From NCBI RefSeq assembly GCF_009914755.1, contig NC_060933.1: a stretch of 64,000 nucleotides of DNA; one strand, written 5' to 3'. Each line of letters starts with the position of its first letter. The first letter of the stretch is position 1. This DNA comes from the human T2T-CHM13v2.0 reference genome, Homo sapiens. The position numbers were made by a program, and so were the translations under genes. The notes beneath the pieces were generated by a model that saw nothing but the letters and a program-made list of their open reading frames with translations, was not told where the DNA came from and searched no databases. This document shows positions 53,920-64,000 of the stretch, in pieces.

Positions 53920-56900
53920 CTGGGGGCACCAGGGCAGTGCAGGGGGAAGCAACCTCTGAGAGCTGGGGAGGGGCCGGGGAGGGGCTGGGAAGGGTCAGGA
54001 AGGAGGCCACCTGCCCTGGGATGCTGGCCCCGGTCCTTCCAAAGCCACCTCCAGTGCAGCGAGCCTCAAGGTGGGGGAACTTGGCCTGCATGTGGTCCTG
54101 TGCGGCCCACCCACCACACAGCTCCCCACATGGCCCCCGAGCGGCCCACTCACCACACAGCTCCCCATGTGGCCCCAAGCGGCCCACTCACCACACAGCT
54201 CCCCACATGGCCCCCGAGCGGCCCACTCACCACACAGCTCCCCACGCGGCCCCCAAGCGGCCCACGCACCACACAGCTCCCAACGTGGGCCCCGAGTGGC
54301 CCACGCACCACACAGCTCCCTACGTGGGCCCCGCACAGCACACTTACTGTACAGCTCCACGGTGTTGAAGGGCTCGTCCCCGAACTCCAGCTGAGTGAAG
54401 ATGATGGCATAGTCTCTGAAGTTGGTGGCCAGCACCCAGAGCTCCAGCACGCCTATTGCTAGGAAACAAAACCCCCCGCCTCAGGGGAGGGCAGCTGCTG
54501 TATCCATCCAGGGGCCGCTGAGCTGATGCTGGCCACAGGGACAGAGGGGCCAATTCAAGTGAGAGCCCCCCTCCCCAGGAGACCCCTCCAAGCACACCCA
54601 GAGCCCCCAAGCTTTGTCCCCCACCCCCGACCCCACCTGGTGCCAGCATCAAGGGGCTTTCAGACACTGACGGACAGACAGACAAGCACTGCCCCAGCCT
54701 GTCCCAGGTGTGAACGAGGAGCGGCTGGGTCACACCAGCCCAGCCCTGTACCTGTAGACAGCCACTAAACAGGCCCCTCGCCCTCTGCACCTATGGGGAC
54801 CTTGGCTGGACCTCACTGGTGTCTGAGCCTGCTGGGAACAAGGTTCCAATCCTCTGTCCAGGGGCTTCTCTTCACCCTCAGGATGGGCAGCAATCCCAAG
54901 ACCAGAACCTGTAGCCTCCTGGCTCTCGGGAGCGGAGTCAGCCCTCCGTCCCTGCCCGCAGGGGGCCTGGGGATGCTGCAGGGAAGAACGGCCTGGGTGA
55001 GGCCGTGGCCGTCAGACTCACAGGGATTCTCAAACACCCATCCGGAGTTTCGCTTTATCAGGTCCATGACACTCTGGTCACACCCTCCCAGCCTGGAAAA
55101 GAAGGGGCCTGTCACCCACTCAGGGTCAAGACCCCGGGGCCCGGTGAGAGGAGACGGAGCTCAGGAGTCCAGGCCAGGCCAGCCAGCAGTGAGGCCAGAG
55201 CTTCCATCTTCTGCCAGATGCCCCGATGCCCGGAAACCTGTTCTCGGAGAGTGGACGGCGTGGGAGTCCTGAGAGGGGCGGACACTCCCATTCACTTCCT
55301 GAGAGATCCTCAGTGCCAGATCTCCACCAGGAACGCTGAATGCTGCTGAGGACACAACAGGAGACTCGACAGACGGGAGGTTCGCCCGCGACTCGGGGGA
55401 AAGATGGGGTGGGGTGGGGGTTCGCCCGTGACTCAGGGGAAGGATGGGGCGGGGTGGGGGTTCGCCCGCAACTCAGGGGAAGGATGGGGCGGGGTGGGGG
55501 TTCGCCCGTGACTCAGGGGAAGGATGGGGTGGGGTGGGGGTTCGCCTGCGACTCAGGGGAAGGATGGGGCGGGGTGGGGGTTTGCCTGCGACTCGGGGGA
55601 AGGGGCCGGCGCTCCCTAAGTGGTCAGTCCCCAGAGTGAGCAAAACCCAGCAAAGGTGCAATGGTGTTTGCCAAGGAAGGAAACTGAGGCTGAGTCCATG
55701 CGGGAGGAACAGCAAGAAGAACTAGGAAAGCCACGTGGGAGCTGCCACCTCAGCCTGGAGCCCCTTGGTCCCAGCTCGCCCTGAGGCCAGGCCTGGCCCG
55801 GGGGGTGCAGTGGGGCCCCTGCCCATACCCTGCAGGCGCAGGTGCAGGGGGAAGGCACGCTGGTGAGGAGGGCAGGTTCTTCTCTCTGGGCCCCGTACCT
55901 GGCTCAGTGGTTCAGGCCTGGGCTCTGTCGCCAGCCTGCCAGGGGGTAGACACCCACCACGCCACCCAGCAGGCCACTCTTCTGTGAAGGGAGGCGGGCA
56001 CCGACTCCTGCCCCAGCACGGCTACCCCCACAGCCCGGCTGCCCTGTAGGTGTCCCCTGTGTAGCACGGCCGCCCCACAGCCTGGCCCACCCGACCCCTG
56101 CACGCCGCCACCAGCCATGCATGTGGTCGGGTGCGCCTGCCTGAGGCCACAAGGCCAGTCTGGCCAACAGCGTCCATGACCATATTGTTTGGGGATTTAT
56201 GTTATGAAAGAACCAGTGGTTCTTAGGTCCGAATGCATTATCCTCCTTTAAACAGAATTCCCGAAAAAGGCCTGCTGAGAGGACAGGCTTCCCCAGCTCT
56301 GACCACAGCCTGCAGCCCAGATGACCCAGGACAGGGATGCATGAAGGAGCATAGTCAGAGCAGTGCCCGCCGCGGTATTGAAGGTGGGAGTGCCACCTGG
56401 AGGCCCCAGGGACACAGATGTGAGTAGCTGGGCAGAGGGCTGGTGGCTCTGCACAGAGCCCAGTGGGAAAAGTGACGGGGGTGCAGAGGGGCCGTGGGAA
56501 GCCCCCAGGCCGCGGTGCCCGGGAGCAGATGTGCAAAGTACATGATGTGGCTGAGCCACAGTCCTGCCTGCGGGAAGGCCTGGCAGGACCCGCCCACTCA
56601 CCCGTGCTGAGAGGACAGCGTCCGCAGGTTGTTTTCTGGAGTGAGGGTCACCACCACCCCCACGACGTTCTTCATGTCCTTCTCCATGGCAAAGCCCTTT
56701 TCCCGGGAGGCCACCGCAAGCACGTACCAGGGCCCAAGAAGCTGCATTGAGGCGGCTCCCGTTAGGGCCGCCAGCCCTCCAGCCTCCAGCCTCCAGCCTC
56801 CAACCCTCCAGCCTCAGCCTCCAGCCTCCAAACCTCCAGCCTCAGCCTCCACCCTCCAACCATCCAGCCCTCCAGCCTCCAGCCTCCAACCCTCCAGCCT

Positions 56901-57661
56901 CCAGCCTTCCAGCCCTGCAGCCTCCAGCCTCCACCCTCCAACCATCCAGCCCTCCAGCCTCCAGTCTCCAACCCTCCCGCCCTCCAGCCTCCAACCTTCC
57001 AGCCTTGCAGCCTCTAGCCTTCAGTTCTCCAGCCCTCCAGCCTCCAGCTTCCAACCCCCCAGACCTCCAACCCTCCAGCCTCCAGCCTTCCAGCCCTACA
57101 GCCTCTAGGCTCCAGCCCTCCAGCCTTCCAACCTCCAGCCTGCAGCCCTGCAGCCTCTAGTCTCCAGCTCTCCAGCCCTCCAGCCTCCAGTTCTGCAGCC
57201 CTCCAGCCTCCAGCCCTCCAGCCTCCAGTTCTACAGCCCTCCAGCCTCCAGCCCAGCAGCCTCCAGCCTCCAGTTCTCCAGCCCTACAGCCTCCAGCCCT
57301 CCAGCCTCCAGTTCTCCAACCCTACACCCTCCAGCCCTGCAACCTCCAGTCTCCAGCCTCCAATTCTCCAGCCCTCCAGCCTCCAACCCTCCAGCATCCA
57401 CCCCTCCTGCCCTGAGGCTCCTGCCTGTGGGACTCCCCAAGGGCTGGCCCAACTAATTCCCCACTGCTCATGCTGGTCTGGGCTAGCCCTGGGGGGCCCA
57501 GAAGCTGTGTGGCCTTAAAGGAGGGGCTGGCCCCCGAGGACCAGCTCTCCCCACCCCCAGGAGGACTGTACCTGCTCAGGGTCCAGTCTTCCCAACCACA
57601 CGGCCTGGGCCCTGGGCACCGAGACCAAAGCCAGAAAAGCAGCCAGCAGCAGGCCGCCCAT
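53840..57661 (-). CDS. LCN6: Lipocalin 6, 163 aa; complement(join(53840..53919,54348..54458,55022..55092,56602..56741,57572..57661))
   Basis: MGGLLLAAFLALVSVPRAQA signal peptide, LLGPWYVLA motif, TNFRDY; exons 90/140/71/111/80 nt; TATA at 57726-57731; non-coding exons 53517-53542 and ~53190-53320; AATAAA(-) at 53211-53216. Confidence 0.96.
54102..54335. repeat. 39-bp VNTR (~6 copies) in LCN6 intron 4
   Basis: Unit gcggcccactcaccacacagctccccacatggcccccga. Confidence 0.92.
54348..54458 (-). CDS. LCN6: LCN6 exon 4
   Basis: ttcctag|CA ATA GGC...TAC A|gtaagt. Confidence 0.94.
55022..55092 (-). CDS. LCN6: LCN6 exon 3
   Basis: ttttccag|G CTG GGA GGG TGT...CCC T|gtgagt; 71 nt. Confidence 0.94.
55381..55605. 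repeat. 40-bp G-rich VNTR (~5.5 copies) in LCN6 intron 2
   Basis: Unit ttcgcccgtgactcaggggaaggatggggcggggtggggg. Confidence 0.92.
56071..56148 (-). ncRNA. MIR6722: microRNA hairpin mir-6722 in LCN6 intron 2
   Basis: GGCCTCAGGCAGGCGCACCCGACCACATGC...TGCAGGGGTCGGGTGGGCCAGGC; CACCCGACC pairs with GGTCGGGTG; recognised sequence. Confidence 0.8.
56602..56741 (-). CDS. LCN6: LCN6 exon 2
   Basis: tgcag|CTT CTT GGG CCC TGG TAC...CAC GG|gtgagt. Confidence 0.94.
56770..57410. repeat. Degenerate (CCTCCAG)n 7-8 bp repeat filling LCN6 intron 1
   Basis: ~640 nt of cctccag / ccctccag units. Confidence 0.92.
57572..57661 (-). CDS. LCN6: LCN6 exon 1
   Basis: ATG at 57661; ends GAG CAG|gtacag. Confidence 0.94.
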
Positions 57662-57725
57662 CCTCCCAGGTCTACACTGCGCCGCAGGCCCAGGATGTGC
57701 AGTCCCTCCAGGCCCTGGAGACCCA

Positions 57726-57732
57726 TTTATAT
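57726..57732 (-). promoter_or_regulatory. LCN6 TATA box (ATATAAA)
   Basis: tttatat on +, ~65 nt upstream of the ATG. Confidence 0.75.
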
Positions 57733-58819
57733 GGCTCTGAATTTCTCCGTGTGGGTGGCACTAACTGCCAGGAACCCTCCTGGCCTCCTGCAAAATTACC
57801 CAGGGGAGCACTGAGCAGTGGCAGCCTCTGAGCCCAGATCAGACCAGCTGCACAGCCAGGAGAGGGTCTGGAGTGTGTGGATCAACCATACTATACTGAT
57901 CCCCTGCTTTCTTCCACCAGAAGGTTCCAGAATGGGCATCCTAAAGCCAGCCGCACCACCTCCCCCGTTCCTGGGGACCCACGCTCTCCCTCGCCCAGCC
58001 TGGGAAGCAGGGAGACTGCTGTCCGCTGCCAGGCCCGGCAGGAGGCCAAGGTCAAGCCCAAGGAGAGGAACCAGGGCGAGAACAAGTGGTTCTCAGGAAC
58101 TGCGGTTTTGGATATCTTTTGTTTCAATCATTAAATATAAAAAGTCCCTGAAAGCCTTTTGAAAAAGGCTCCCACCTCCTCCTGGCCCACCCACCATTCT
58201 GCTTTGTGGCCTGGCCTCTGTCCCCCACAGCCAGCACCCCCAGAACAGACTGTCCTGTTCCTTCCACCTCTGCAGCCCACCATCCGGCCCTGCTGCCTCC
58301 TGCCTCCCCTCCCTGGGACCCTGGCCTGCTTGTGCCTCCCAAGGCCCCTTGAGAGCTCTCTGCAGCCCCAGTCCGGGAGCAGAGGACAGAGGTGCTCGGC
58401 AGGGTCTATCTGAGCCCCTGAAGCCCACTGGGAGGCAGCCGGGAGGGTCCTCCCCCAGTGCCGTGGCCTGCACCCTCTGGGATTCACTCCCACACACCTT
58501 CGCTCATTCATCAACAAGGGTGCAAGGAGCACGTCCATGCAACAAGGCTCCAGTGCCCAGGGCCGCCTGCACTCACAGAGCTTATGCTGCAGCCCTGGCC
58601 ACCTGCCCTGTACCCACGCAGCAGGGCCTGTGACCACCAGAGTGCAGGAGGAAGGCAGAAACCACACAGCTACTGGGGGCTGGGCCTGCGAAGACTGACC
58701 GGGCAGTGGGGCCACGGAGGTGCCAGCCACAGCCATGGCAAGCAGGAGTTGCCCAGGGGCTGAGCCACAGAACAAGGGAGCGGGACACTTAGGCCTGGAG
58801 CCTTCAGGAGGGAGCCGTG

Positions 58820-62220
<3,401 letters not shown>

Positions 62221-62279
62221 GACGTTGTTGATGACGGCAGCCCTGCATCTACTGTCACCCTCTAAACAGCACTGACTTT

Positions 62280-62645
62280 TGTTCTGGGATGAATTCTGCC
62301 CTCCCAAAATTCCTGCGTTGAAGCCCCAGATCCCATGGTCACTGTTTCAGGAGATGGGACTCTTAGGAGACAATCGAGATTAAGTGAGGTCAAAGGGAGT
62401 GGCCCTAATTTAACAGGCTGATGTCCTTATTAGGAGAAAAAGAGGCACCCAGAGAGCGCTCCCTGCCAGGTGAGGACACAGCGAGGGGCTGCCTTCTGCG
62501 AATGGGCAGGAAGCCCTCACCAGAAACTGCACTTTCCGGCACCTTAATCTTGGACTTCCACCCTCCAGAACGGTGAGGAAATACAGTTCTGTTGTTTAAG
62601 GTGCCCAGTCTGGGGTATTTTGTCACGGGAGCCTGAGCTGACAGC
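62280..62645. mobile_element. MLT1-type MaLR LTR
   Basis: gaagccctcaccagaa...ggcaccttaatcttggacttcc...ctccagaac..gagg aaata..ttctgttgtttaag. Confidence 0.75.
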
Positions 62646-63675
62646 GAGAGTGACAGCCCCTCCAGCAGGAAATCCAAGTCCAGGCGAAGCTCCTTGAACC
62701 CGTGGGCTTCGGCCAGGCACAGCTGCGCAAAGTCACGGCTGTTTCCCAGGAGCCCCTAACTTGTCAGAATGCAGCCTCTACATGTCCCTCCTGTGGGTCT
62801 CGGGGGCACAGTTCTGGATTTGAGGCGCATCTAGGGTGCAGCCCTTGTTCCTAGCAGGGCCTTTCCAGTGTCCCGGCCGTGCTGGGGGCTGGCGAGGTCC
62901 CCCTACTCGGGCTGTTCCCCCAGAGCTCCCGGCACCACTCGACCTCAGGTATCATTTTCCGCCGCCCCGACGAGGCAGCCACCCTCATAAGCCTGGGTTG
63001 TCTCACCTGCATATGTGGGGACCGGCTGATTCCCCAGGGGCCTGGGCGCAGAACCTCCGGGCTGACACTGTCACTTTCCTTGCCCTTCCCGTGTCCCAGG
63101 CCAGGCGGGAGGAGAAAGTGATGCAGTCGGCTGGTGGCAGCCGAGGCCACGGGGTGACAGCCCACTGTGGAAGCGGACACTGAGCAGGGCTGGGCAGCTG
63201 GGGGTCCAGGGAGGCTGGAAGCGGGGCCCATCGGGTAGGGCCTTCAGCACGGGCCGTGAGCCTGGAGCCCTGGGCAGTGGGGAGCCATGGAGGATGCAGG
63301 CAGGAGGGGTGTGGCCTCCATGCGTTTGACAGACCTGCTGAGACTCCACCAGGAGCCCTGTTTCTGTCTCTGGTCTATACCCTGGGGCAGCCTGACCACG
63401 ACCCTAGCAGGGCGGGAGGGCAGGGGTTGCTGCCTTGCACGTGAGCTGCACTGTTTGTCCAGTAACCACGGAAAACACACCTCCTGTTGCCAGACCTGGG
63501 GCGGGTGAGTCCCCCCACACCTGTCACCCATCGGCCCTCCGGAAGGACACACCAGGCAGTGGCTTGACTTCACAGTTTATTCAGAGCAGGTGCAGGTGAC
63601 CTGGTGGGCAGGGTGCCCAGGAGGGGCAGGGGTGGGCGGGCGCTCCGAACCTTGTGGTCTGAGGCAGGAACTCCA

Positions 63676-63687
63676 TTAAATCAGCTC
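63676..63687 (-). CDS. LCN8: LCN8 last coding exon (ELI*); rest of gene lies beyond the window
   Basis: ttctgtgtcgcag|GAG CTG ATT TAA, AATAAA(-) at 63576-63581; matches the LCN8 C-terminus ...LKEELI as recalled, and cluster order. Confidence 0.7.
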   Translation of the reverse strand, partial: ELI

Positions 63688-64000
63688 CTGCGACACAGAA
63701 GTGCAGGGGCTCAGGCCCGTGTGGTCTCTGGAGGCCCCACGGGGCTTCGATGAGGGCCACACGGCGGGACTTCTGTCCTCGCTGCCTGGTTTTGCGCAAA
63801 GCACCCAGCTCCCTGAGCGCCTTCTCAATCTGCAAAATGGGGTAACAGGCCCAGCCTCTAGGGCCAAGACAAAGCGAGGTGAGGGAGACACTGGGTTCTC
63901 GCAGTGCCCAACATGGGAGCCCTGAGGCAGCGCCCGCAGGATCTGTGCCCCGCCGCCGACGGGACCTTCGGGGGCAGAAGCAGCCGGCAGTCCTGCACAG

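Overview
GC-rich, Alu-dense primate genomic DNA, almost certainly human 9q34.3. The identification rests on recognised protein and RNA sequences, not on a search. The first ~21 kb has no genes and is filled with Alu, LTR, ERVL-pol and L1 remnants plus a tiny 5'-truncated SVA. It is followed by the complete DIPK1B/FAM69B gene (+, 5 coding exons, 431 aa) and the convergent snoRNA host SNHG7 (-) carrying two H/ACA snoRNAs (SNORA17B/ACA43, SNORA17A/ACA17). The window then enters the epididymal lipocalin cluster: LCN10 (-), LCN6 (-, with intronic MIR6722) and the last exon of LCN8 (-). Main hunt results: (1) a frameshifted RALGDS-like fossil (expanded Pro/Ala/Glu linker plus the start of a RasGEF domain) at ~37.9-39.5 kb running into the SNHG7 CpG island, possibly the end of a larger dead multi-exon gene at 41.7-45.1 kb; (2) independent loss of the conserved C-terminal lipocalin cysteine in both LCN6 and LCN10; (3) in-frame cryptic donors inside an LCN6 VNTR; (4) a 71-nt substitute for exon 3 in LCN10; (5) an LTR-supplied poly(A) signal for LCN10.
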